Notes under the pieces: model-generated
What the model saw: only the letters and a program-made list of their open reading frames with translations
Database searches by the model: none
What the model was told of the DNA's origin: nothing
Shown: positions 32,359-42,704 of the stretch, piece after piece
How positions within the stretch are numbered: the stretch's first letter is position 1
Layout of the letters: each line of letters begins with the position of its first letter
DNA from: Histomonas meleagridis 2922-C6/04-290x
Lineage: Eukaryota > Protista > Parabasalia
Reading direction: 5' to 3'
DNA: 64,000 bases
Assembly: GCA_020184695.1 (NCBI GenBank)
Contig: JAANOX010000259.1
Span: 85,612 to 149,611 of the forward strand
Made by a program: the position numbers and the translations under genes

Positions 32359-34028
32359 TTATATATGAACATTTAAATTGTCTTCTTTGAAATCCTTTGC
32401 AAATGGATCTTCATCAATACTGTTTCCCGAATATTCAATTGAAAAATTATTTGTTTCATTTTCGTTTTCTTCATAATAATTCGGTTCTTCTTCACTTTTA
32501 TTCCGATTGTTTCTAATACGAATTATTATTATAACAAGTAATGAAACATTAATAATTACTGCAATCAAAACTCCAACACTAATATAAATATATGTATTAT
32601 CTTCATTAAATGTTTCGTTATTTTAATAAACAAAATTAAAATGTGAAATATTTTGTATAAATTATAACTGTGTAATCATAATATATAACTGACGTTAGAA
32701 TATATACATACGTTGAATTGATTTTCGTAATAATAAATGAATTTAAATATGAAGCATAAATACTTAATGACTTTGTGTATGATAAAATATGTGTAACAAA
32801 AAATGAATATGTGAAATTTATGTAAGATGTAAATGGATCAGTAAATATTTTAGATGAGAAATATGTGCTTGAATAACTTTGTGCAAATATATTTGATTTA
32901 GAATATGTATTTGACTTCGTATATGTATTTGAATTAGAAAATGAATTACTTTGTTAGTGTTGCAGGTATACATTCATCAATTATTTCTTTGGTTATGTTT
33001 AACTCTCCAAATGTTTCATTTTGTTATGATTTATTTACCATAACAAGTGTTGCAAATATATCACTAAAGCATATGCCTTTAACAATTGGAGAAGTTTCGC
33101 CATAAAAATAAATACATTTCAATGAAGTACAACCTGAAAACGCATAATCTCCGATGTATATTTCACATTTTCTCCAATGATAATTGTTTCTAATTATGTA
33201 CAATATGAAAAAACCGCCGTTTGAATATCTGTAACAGAGTTTGGAATTATAAAACTTGTAAATGCACAGTTTGAGAATGCCGAATCTTTTATAATATTTA
33301 CATTACTTCCAAATGAAATTGATAATAAATCAGTGCATGAAAAATGCATTTGATTCTATTGAAGTTACTGAATCAGCAGTTTTGAATGTTTCACTGTTAT
33401 TTCCAATTGGATAAACAATAAGTTTTGTAATTTCTTTATCATATAAAACCCCATCATTTTCATAATTAGAGAGATGCGAATTTTCATTGGAAACTTTTAT
33501 GAATTGAAGACTGCTACAGTAAATGAATGGATTTATTGATATTGAAACTGTACTTGAAATTGTAACATATTTAAGCATAACGCAATTTTGAAACATCAGC
33601 GATCCAATTGCTTGAACACCTTCATCAAAAGTTACAGTTTCAAGACCAGTACAACCATTGAATACATTTGACTCAACTGTTGTAAGAGGACTTTTAATTG
33701 TTAAATTTTTTAGTGAAGTACAATATTGAAATGCATATGATCCAAGATTTGTTATGCCTTCTCCAAATGAAACTTCTTCTAAACTAACACAATATTGAAA
33801 TGCATTAGATTCAATTATAGTGACTGAGTCAGCAATCGAAGCAGTAGTCAATGACATCCATTGAAAAAAAGCTTTCTCTGGAATTTCAGTTATTCCATTT
33901 GAAATGACAAGATACTTTGTATTACTTTGATAATCATTTGTAAATTCACTTGAATCTGTTATAGTTAATGTGAAAGTTTCTTCATTAAATGTTTGTATCG
34001 CACAAGAAAAAAAGAAAACAAATATCAT
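32359..34028 (-). pseudogene. BspA-like (TpLRR/LRR_5) surface protein, frameshifted: signal peptide, LRRs, Ser/Thr/Tyr stalk, TM helix, cytosolic tail
   Basis: Repeats such as SVTIIESNAFQYCVSLEEVSF from ATG 34028. The frame breaks near 33335 and LRRs continue (DSAFSNCAFTSFIIPNSVTDI). TM helix and tail in ORF 32359-32568. Confidence 0.8.
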
Positions 34029-34867
34029 TAAAATAAATTTAATATTTGTTTTTTCTTTTATCAGGTGATTTTTTGGTATAAATATTGATGAAAAATAAAT
34101 TACTTTGATCAAAAATATAAAAATCAAAGAAAATATAAAAGAATATAAATTTAAATTATTTAGTAAAGAGATAAAAATTAGGAACAAAAATGAAAAGAAA
34201 GAAGAAAAATATTTGTTCAATTGCTTGAAATAAATAAGTAATTTTTGATAAATAAAACTTTTATTAGAATAAAAGTTATGTAACTTATGAAAATATGAAT
34301 CATTAAAAATTAAGTAGCCTTTGTTAAAAAAGTAAATTTTTAAGAAACTATTAAGCCAAATAAGATGACTTACAAAAAATCTATTTAAAAGGTTGTACAT
34401 GATTTTGTAAATATAAAATTTTTCATATTTTAGATAATATTTGAAAGCATATGTTGAGATATAAAAATTACCTATAAATGCTTGTGTGATTGATAAATTT
34501 CTCAACATTGAAATACGAATTAAAAAAGCGGGATGTGATGAGAACGTTTATAAAAAAACCGTAAAAAATAAACGTTTTCTGGTTTTCAAATATTCATTTA
34601 TAAGCGCAATATCAAATAGTATTATCATGTATACTGTTTTCTCTTATACATACACACTCAAAATATATTAATTGAGAGATAAAAACTTTAAAAAATTATC
34701 AAAGATTGTTTTATAATTAATCAGATAATCAATACTTATTTGATGCATTAAATAATCGTTTATTCAGCATCCTCTTATAGGATTGAAATTGAAATTTAAG
34801 CTGTGGAATTACACTATTGCAATGATAAAATTAATAAACGTTCTTCTTTTAAACGTCTATTTTTTTG

Positions 34868-37800
34868 ATGGAAAATGACGATTGGAAAACACGTCTCAAA
34901 GCATATGAAGATATTCTTCAACTAATGTCTGATCCATCCCCAGAACTTTTAGATCAGCTATCGGCAGAATTACCAAATTATTTAGCTGATGAAAATTCAA
35001 ATTGTCAAAGAACTGCATTATTAATATGTGAAAAATATTTAAAATTTTCACCACCGACAGCCATCATAGTTAAAATTTCTAACACTATACTTCAAAAAGG
35101 CTTACTTACAAATCCTCAAACATCTGATGTTTCAAAAAATTTCATGATCCAATGTCTTCAAAAAGAGCGTCAAACTATTGTTGAACAATTATTTACTGAC
35201 ATTGAATCCAAATCCGATGAGTTCATCAAAATTGTATTTTCAATAATTGTTTCTCATCTAGCCACTCTTACATCCAAAGACTCTGAATATATATCATATA
35301 TTATTGACAGCATCAAACCTCTACAGAACTGTGATGATCCACAAATACGAAATGAAGTTTCTTCTGTCATTGCATCTGCGAAATTAGTTTCTGGTTCTGA
35401 CCTAGACACAGCTTCCACTCCCAAAACTCTTTCACCTCGTCCTAAAACAGATTTCAAGCCACGTTGGGTTGATCTTTTAAATAACCCTAATTGGAAAGAT
35501 CGTAAATCCGGCTATGAAGAACTCCTTTCGTCAATCAATGAGAATTCACAACTTCAATTCATTGAGCATAACTTTCTTGTTCCAGCAACAACAGAGAAAA
35601 ACGTTCAATGCGAAACGGTCGCCATTCAAATCATTGAAAAACTCGCTATCGTCTTCAAGAATCAACTTATGCGGAAATTACGAGAATACATTACACCAAT
35701 CATTAATGCATTATCACAAAAGCGTCAAAGTCGCCAAAAGATATTACAAAGTGCATTTGATTCTGTTGCACTTAATGTTGTTGCATCACCATATGAACCA
35801 CCATTTGTTGAACATTTATTAAAAATGATGAATTCGACATCAATACGTTTAAAAGAAGAAAGTATTTTATTTATAAATCGTTGCCAAGTCACGCCGATTT
35901 CTCAGCCAATAATTGATGCACTTAACACTTTAACTTCAGATCCTAATTCATCAATTCGAGAATTAGCTTCGAATACACTTTCAAAATTCAATTTGAAGGC
36001 GGAAGCGACCGTTAACAACTCAAACGAACCCCCTCAAGACGATAGGCCAAAAGTGACAGCTCGAGCTAGATCACCTGATATTAATCGAAGAAATATTAGA
36101 AGACATACTACAATCTTAAATACAAAGACATTATTTGAAAACTGGATTGATCCTAATACATATCAATTATTAATATCAGGACAATGGGCATCTGTTACAA
36201 AAGGCTTAGATTCATTAAAGAAGCAATTTGAACAAAATCCAATACAAAATTATGTAATAATTATTTGGTTATGTTCATATTTTACTGGGAAATTATTTAC
36301 ACCAAAAGTCATGACGAAACTTATGCAATTACTTATATACTTTATAAAATATGATAAAGAATCAATTAATAATGAAACTATAACATATGCAACGCAATTC
36401 TCTTTAGATAATATAACAGAAAAGAAATTCGAATTATTAATTTTTGAAATTCTTGACTTGTTAACAGAAATTAATTCACCGCAAAATGTATTCCAAATAT
36501 TATATACACAAATCACAGCCAAAAATCCTGCGTTACCATTACATATCTCATTATATTTCCAACATTATTTAACCAAATACAAAAAACTTGACACGTCATT
36601 AAACGTCAATGAATTAATATCACAAATCAAAATCCTTTCAGGGCATAATGATTCAGTCATACGTAAGATATCTAATGATTGTTTAGATATACTTAACAAC
36701 AACAATGAAAATAGTAATAACAATAAAACTAAAGCAATAAGGAAAAATTCGCCATCAAAAATAACAATTCAACAAACTACAGAAAGTAAAACATCTCGAA
36801 TACGTTCCGAGATACCAATTGCACGAAACAGGCCAATGACACCACAAAAGCCATTTATAAACAACAACATAATGAACGATAGTAAATCATTAATTCCAAA
36901 TCGATTAATTATACCATTAACAAAAACGACATCGAATTTTGAAGTACGTAAAGCGCTCGATGAAATCGAAGTCATATTAAACAAACAACTCGAGAAGATT
37001 GGTCCATCGACAGTATCATCGACAGAATTTACCGAATTATTTCAGAAGCTTCGTCAATGGTTTAAAGATTCTAATGCATCAATTGTATTATCTATTACGC
37101 ATTTAATTGGATTATGTTTTAAGCTCATTAAAAAAGAAGAAATATTAAACATATCAAATGATTTCTTAGTCGACACATGTTTGCTATTAAATTTCACGCA
37201 AAAAGGTATTCCTTCAGCGACAATAAATGTATTAATACAATTAGATTCGATTCATCCGACATTTGTATCCGATGTATTAATTCAAGCGTTTAGTAAATTG
37301 AACATCGATGGAAAGAAAGCAGCAATAAATTTATTAAATAATTTGAAGTTCGAAATGAATATAACAAAATTCACTTCGTTAATAATCAATTTCTTAATTG
37401 ATAAATCAGATACGTATAAAGAATCAGGGAAATCATTAATAGAAAAATTTATGTTATTAAATGGCGCAAAAGAAACAATACAAAAAGAAGCAGAACAATT
37501 TCCGCCTGCACAAAAGAATTTGTTACTTTCGAGACTTTCTTTGTTTATAAAAAATGATACATTCTTAAAAGTGATACCACAACAAAGTGAAAAAGATAAA
37601 AGAGAAGAAAATATTGATCCGTTTATATCGTTAAATATTATAAATTCGGAGGTGAAAATCGATACATTTAAAGAAATACTTAAGAAGAATTTGGATATTT
37701 ACTTTAATAATTCAAATGAATTAATTTCAAATGATATGAAAATAATTTCAAAAAATTACGAAAAATTCACTGATTTATCGAAAAGTGACTTTTTACATTT

Positions 37801-39187
37801 TTATTTTGTTTTGGATTTGATATTTTTTTGGTGTTCTTTTCAAATATTACAATTTAAAACTAAAGAAGAATTTAATTTAATGATTATGTTCTTGAATACG
37901 ATACTAAATGAATTACAAAACAAAAAAAGAAATTTATCTGATTTCGAATTATGTATAATATTACCAACAATTTTCGAATGTTCTGGTAGAAATAAAGATG
38001 AATGGAAACAAATTTGTTTACAATTTATTAAAGTTTCAATTCCTAATGATTTATTAACTGTTTTAACAAAAATTTTGTCGAAAACAAATTCGATTTATAT
38101 AATAATTTCGACGTATGAAATGTTAACTAAAATTATGCCAAGCGTTGAAGTTTCAAAGCATTTTGACGAATTGAAAAAAATAACAAATAAATTAACGGTT
38201 TTTGCCTCAGACGATAAACAAAAGAACAAGGCACTTTTTGATGTATGCACAAAATTCAATGCGTTACTCGAAAAGTACTCCTCACCTCAAAATAAAAATT
38301 CAAAAGCACTTCCTCCTTTAGCTAATCCTTCAAATAGAAGACAATCTTCTAATATACCAGCGCCTTCACCACCACAACAAAATCAAGTATTAACACCACT
38401 TCAACCTAAATCCACAAAATCGAAATCTAAAATGAATCCAATTATTGACCAAATTATTGAGTCGCCACAAATCCAAATGTACAAATGGATTAGTGATCTT
38501 CTAAATAACGATATCCATTTGCTTCTTCAGCCACTAAAATTAATTTCGAATCAACTTAAGAATGACATTAATGTTTTTAAGCCGCACATCGATACTCTCT
38601 TAGTGGCACTCATCCGAACTCTTCATATACAACTTTCGCTTACTCCATTGCCAACTCGCGTATGCAAATATGCCGCGTTTTGCATGCTGACAATTCTCGG
38701 CGAAAGTGAAGCACATAATAAAATGCGTAATGAGTACGTTGAACAAGTCATTTTCGATATTGTTACTTGCAATTCAATGTCTCAAACACAGCCTAATGAA
38801 CAAGTTCTTGTTCAAGTACTTAATGCTATTGTCATCAAACTAATCGATGACTTTAGAGTTATATCTTTTAATGTGATTGTTCGGATTTTTTGTGATTGTG
38901 ATAATGTGAATGATGGAATATATAAAAATGTTTTGAGATACTTTGAGAATTGTATAGAAATGACATCAAAGAATTCGGACTTTGATGAGGTTATTGAGGT
39001 TGTTAATGTCATTGATGAATTAATTGTAAAAAATTCGATGCAAATGGAAATGAAAAATAAAGTATTGAAAATTGTGTCGAAATTTTTGGGCGAAATAGGA
39101 AACAAATTCAAAAATGAGTTTGGAAAAAAGGATGTGAATGAAAAATTGGATGGGAAAACATTGGAAATGTTAAATGGTAAAAATTAA
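34868..39187 (+). CDS. XMAP215/Dis1/TOG-family microtubule polymerase
   Basis: TOG-domain start motifs DDWKTRLKAYE and NWKDRKSGYEEL, DENSNCQ, DSNASIV; 1439 aa of HEAT repeats with basic linkers. Confidence 0.85.
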   Translation: MENDDWKTRLKAYEDILQLMSDPSPELLDQLSAELPNYLADENSNCQRTALLICEKYLKFSPPTAIIVKISNTILQKGLLTNPQTSDVSKNFMIQCLQKERQTIVEQLFTDIESKSDEFIKIVFSIIVSHLATLTSKDSEYISYIIDSIKPLQNCDDPQIRNEVSSVIASAKLVSGSDLDTASTPKTLSPRPKTDFKPRWVDLLNNPNWKDRKSGYEELLSSINENSQLQFIEHNFLVPATTEKNVQCETVAIQIIEKLAIVFKNQLMRKLREYITPIINALSQKRQSRQKILQSAFDSVALNVVASPYEPPFVEHLLKMMNSTSIRLKEESILFINRCQVTPISQPIIDALNTLTSDPNSSIRELASNTLSKFNLKAEATVNNSNEPPQDDRPKVTARARSPDINRRNIRRHTTILNTKTLFENWIDPNTYQLLISGQWASVTKGLDSLKKQFEQNPIQNYVIIIWLCSYFTGKLFTPKVMTKLMQLLIYFIKYDKESINNETITYATQFSLDNITEKKFELLIFEILDLLTEINSPQNVFQILYTQITAKNPALPLHISLYFQHYLTKYKKLDTSLNVNELISQIKILSGHNDSVIRKISNDCLDILNNNNENSNNNKTKAIRKNSPSKITIQQTTESKTSRIRSEIPIARNRPMTPQKPFINNNIMNDSKSLIPNRLIIPLTKTTSNFEVRKALDEIEVILNKQLEKIGPSTVSSTEFTELFQKLRQWFKDSNASIVLSITHLIGLCFKLIKKEEILNISNDFLVDTCLLLNFTQKGIPSATINVLIQLDSIHPTFVSDVLIQAFSKLNIDGKKAAINLLNNLKFEMNITKFTSLIINFLIDKSDTYKESGKSLIEKFMLLNGAKETIQKEAEQFPPAQKNLLLSRLSLFIKNDTFLKVIPQQSEKDKREENIDPFISLNIINSEVKIDTFKEILKKNLDIYFNNSNELISNDMKIISKNYEKFTDLSKSDFLHFYFVLDLIFFWCSFQILQFKTKEEFNLMIMFLNTILNELQNKKRNLSDFELCIILPTIFECSGRNKDEWKQICLQFIKVSIPNDLLTVLTKILSKTNSIYIIISTYEMLTKIMPSVEVSKHFDELKKITNKLTVFASDDKQKNKALFDVCTKFNALLEKYSSPQNKNSKALPPLANPSNRRQSSNIPAPSPPQQNQVLTPLQPKSTKSKSKMNPIIDQIIESPQIQMYKWISDLLNNDIHLLLQPLKLISNQLKNDINVFKPHIDTLLVALIRTLHIQLSLTPLPTRVCKYAAFCMLTILGESEAHNKMRNEYVEQVIFDIVTCNSMSQTQPNEQVLVQVLNAIVIKLIDDFRVISFNVIVRIFCDCDNVNDGIYKNVLRYFENCIEMTSKNSDFDEVIEVVNVIDELIVKNSMQMEMKNKVLKIVSKFLGEIGNKFKNEFGKKDVNEKLDGKTLEMLNGKN

Positions 39188-40126
39188 ATATAAAATATAT
39201 GCGTGTTTTAGATAAGTAAAATAATATATAGAATAATTTTATAATAATTTTTAAAAGATAATAAAAATATTTATAACTACGTTTCAAGAACATAAGCAAT
39301 TTCTATGTAAATGAAAATATTTTATTTTTTGAGTTTAATCTTGAAATCAAATTTTATCCATTTGCAAAAATATGTTTTAATCAAGTAAAATAGTTTTACA
39401 TGTAATCATTTTTATGGTTCTTATTCAAAAAAATTGCTTATATATTATTTGTTCCAGCAGAATTCTGGAAGAATGATGTATAATAAATAAAGTACAGAAA
39501 ATTTGAATGTATAATTTTTCCCGCCGATCATCATTCATTGATAAGGTAAGTTGCACAATTCAAAAAAATTTGAATATTAGTATTAAACATCACCCTGTTG
39601 TGGTTGCCATTGTAAAAATCTGATAATTTGGTTATATCTGATTCAGAAAAAAGCTTACTATTTTCGGTTGTTCACACTATAATTTAGCTCATTTTTGTAA
39701 CAATGTGTGACATATACTAACGATGTGCTGTGTATAGGTGGGTCATGTATATTGGATGATAAAATGAAGATTCAATTTTTTTGTTCGATATTATCATACT
39801 TCTAATATTCGTTGAGGATTTATTTATATATACCATTCAATCATGGATTTGGAAGTGCTAGTAGAAATTCAAGTTAAAACTTTTTTTGTAATACTCTAAT
39901 ATTTATTCAATTTAAATTGATACAGTAAATTATAAAAAACAAATAAAACATAATATCGTATATTATGTACTTACATTTCATAATATTTATATGTGTATTA
40001 TCAGTATAATACATCCAGCATTACTGTTCCGATGATAACTGTATCATCATATAATTGAGAACAAAACAGGTAATTGAATTCAATTATCGTCAAAAACTTT
40101 TCTGAGACAGAATAGAAATAATTGAG

Positions 40127-40279
40127 ATGTCAGAGAAGGAAAAAAAGATCACTTCATTTTTTACAATGTTCTTCCCTGATCCTCCACCTCCACATCATCC
40201 ACCTGGCCCTGGCCCACAGCCACCTCATCATCCACCTCCACATCATCATGGACTTGAAATTCCATCATACCTTTGGTAA
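40127..40279 (+). CDS. 50-aa His/Pro-rich micro-ORF (one repeat unit; not in ORF track)
   Basis: MSEKEKKITSFFTMFFPDPPPPHHPPGPGPQPPHHPPPHHHGLEIPSYLW*; near-identical to the ends of 40879-41193. Confidence 0.5.
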   Translation: MSEKEKKITSFFTMFFPDPPPPHHPPGPGPQPPHHPPPHHHGLEIPSYLW

Positions 40280-40878
40280 ACAGCTCCATTGGCTTATTTT
40301 AATTTTTTAACATTTTCTGTAATAACACCTATAAAACACTCAGATGATATCATTATTATACATTAAGAGTGATCATTAATCAAATTGATCATTATCATTT
40401 CTCATGAAATATTTCAATTTACCTATTGAGCGAGAGTTGTTCAAGTATTTGATGGATGCGCATATTAATCAATTTAAACAATAATACTTTTATTTATATA
40501 TAATACTTTTTTGTATCGAGACTATTTAATTCCTTATGTATCCATTTGCTATTATTATTCCTATTAACATATCTAGCATAATATTATGAGCATAATAATA
40601 ATTTTTTATAAAAAAAAATACATAGTCATTAAGATCTGAAGAGAAAGTAAACATTATATTATACCTAGTAATCCATGAACCATTTGGTTTAAATGTAGAA
40701 TTGACTCACATCGGAATTCGTTTGTAGATGACCGGATGTTAGTTCCGATAATTACTATCTTTGTTGTATTGTAAGAACAAACAGTCGAAGCATTGAAATA
40801 TCGACAATTGATAGGTTGATAAACTTTTTGAATTCATTCAAATGCATTTGAATATTGAATGCACATCGAATAATTGAG

Positions 40879-41193
40879 ATGTCAGAGAAGGAAAAAAAGA
40901 TCACTTCATTTTTTACAATGTTCTTCCCTGATCCTCCACCTCCACATCATCCACCTGGCCCTGGCCCACAGCCACCTCATCATCCACCTCCACATCATCA
41001 TTGTTTGCCTGGTCCACCACCTCCACATCATCCACCTGGTCCAGGTCCACAACCACCTCATCATCCACCTCCACATCATCATCGCTTACCTGGTCCTCCA
41101 CCTCCACATCATCCACCTGGTCCAGGTCCACAACCACCTCATCATCCACCTCCACATCATCATGGACTTGAAATTCCATCATACCTTTGGTAA
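40879..41193 (+). CDS. 104-aa His/Pro-rich protein with three 81-nt tandem units
   Basis: (PPPPHHPPGPGPQPPHHPPPHHH)x3 joined by CLPG and RLPG. Differences between units are mostly synonymous in this frame. Confidence 0.65.
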   Translation: MSEKEKKITSFFTMFFPDPPPPHHPPGPGPQPPHHPPPHHHCLPGPPPPHHPPGPGPQPPHHPPPHHHRLPGPPPPHHPPGPGPQPPHHPPPHHHGLEIPSYLW

Positions 41194-41416
41194 ACAGCTC
41201 CATTGGTTAATTTTGTTTCTTTTTTGTTTTTTCCTTATGTAACACATACTAATTATATAATTTGCAAATAGTAACCTTTCTTTACATTCTAAATATTGTG
41301 AGAAATTCTGATTCTCTGATCATTCCAAATGAAACACTTAATTTACAGTTCTTATTATCCTTCACAGAATAAATATTTTAATTTTAAATTTAATCATTTT
41401 ATTAATGTGTACAAAT

Positions 41417-42310
41417 TCATTCTTTAGTATCAATCTTCCAGACGGGCACCGGTATATTCATTCTTTCGATGAACTTACAAATTATATCCTTCACGTGCTC
41501 CGGGTTATCCTCGTGAAGGCAATGATGTGTTCCGTTTACTATTTCAAGTTGGAATTTTCCCGACATATGTCCGATGATGAATGCTTTATCCATGTTATTT
41601 ATGTTAGGAAGGATAAGGACTTTGTACGTAGGCGCTTTGATGAAGCTTTCAGCAAAGCCTTTGAACCACCCAACCCAATATGGTTCTGATGGCATAAGAT
41701 CTGTGATCCATCGATACTTCCCATCCTCACATTTACGCACGCGGCCGGCACCAGAGACAGCAGCGCTCTTAGGATTGGCCATTTCACCCGACATGGAGAA
41801 ATATCGGATTGCATCATTTACGGTCTTGAAGGATTTAGGTCGTGAATTTAATATACGTTGCATGCCTGGCATGGCAGTGAGAGCCGTCCCTTCAATGGTG
41901 TCGATAACAAAAAGACCGATTGGCTTTAAAGTATATGATGCTTTTGTTGCAATGGATCCTCCAAGAGAATGACCTAGAAGCAAAAGCTTTTTGCCTTGTT
42001 CTTTATATGGTTTACCAATTTCAATTATATCTTCAACTAAATTATCTAATGATAAATCTTTTGAAGAATCACCAGGAGTTTCACCATGACATTTTAAATC
42101 AGGCGAAACAATTTTGCATGTGTCGTGAAGAAGTGGTGCAATTAAACTAAACGAAAGTCCGCTATGACCAGCTCCATGAACGCAAAGTAAAACAAAGTCT
42201 GATTCAACATTTGTTGAGTACACATTAAATTTTCCTCGAGGAGTGTCTATCATTTCCTTGGAATCCCAGTACGTTTGCCAAGGAGTAAAATCTTCTTGCT
42301 TCGTATGCAT
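41417..42310 (-). CDS. PPME1: Protein phosphatase methylesterase 1 (alpha/beta hydrolase)
   Basis: HGAGHSGLSF, GHSLGG nucleophile, DTIEGTA, RPKSF, WFKGF, GHMSGKFQL, HCLHED. Confidence 0.88.
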   Translation of the reverse strand: MHTKQEDFTPWQTYWDSKEMIDTPRGKFNVYSTNVESDFVLLCVHGAGHSGLSFSLIAPLLHDTCKIVSPDLKCHGETPGDSSKDLSLDNLVEDIIEIGKPYKEQGKKLLLLGHSLGGSIATKASYTLKPIGLFVIDTIEGTALTAMPGMQRILNSRPKSFKTVNDAIRYFSMSGEMANPKSAAVSGAGRVRKCEDGKYRWITDLMPSEPYWVGWFKGFAESFIKAPTYKVLILPNINNMDKAFIIGHMSGKFQLEIVNGTHHCLHEDNPEHVKDIICKFIERMNIPVPVWKIDTKE

Positions 42311-42704
42311 TTCCAATAATTATATGTTAAAAAATTGACATACTGTGTGATTTTAAGAAAAAGTTCAATCGTTCAGTTACTTTTGGGGTGGCTTTATAAT
42401 CTGAAAATGAGCACACGAAAGTTATCGGATCATCAATAAAAGCAATTGTCTAACTTTATAATATCATGAAATTTGGGAAAATAATAAACTTTATGTTCAA
42501 GCATAAATTTCGAACATTGATCCGAATCGAAAATTACTGTATAAACTATTTAAAACGTTCAATGTGTCATATCAAAATTATATAAACTTATGAATTATCA
42601 TAACCACATTTTTCCTCCTATTCAAAGTAACATCAAACCGAAATTTTTGAACAGTGTGAATTCAAAATTTTCGTGCAAAATAATCGTTTTACGCTCGGGG
42701 TTCA

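Noticed and set aside
34029-34508. N-terminal extension of ORF 33330-34508, and similar TTG/GTG-started extensions (58520, 59920, 52113).
   Set aside because: AT-rich intergenic-like composition; conserved domains start at downstream ATGs preceded by Inr-like motifs.
40874-41242. Alternative frames of the His/Pro repeat (HLHIIHL on the plus strand; DDVEVDD on the minus strand, 40913-41203).
   Set aside because: Differences between repeat units are synonymous only in the His/Pro frame; the others are shadow ORFs.
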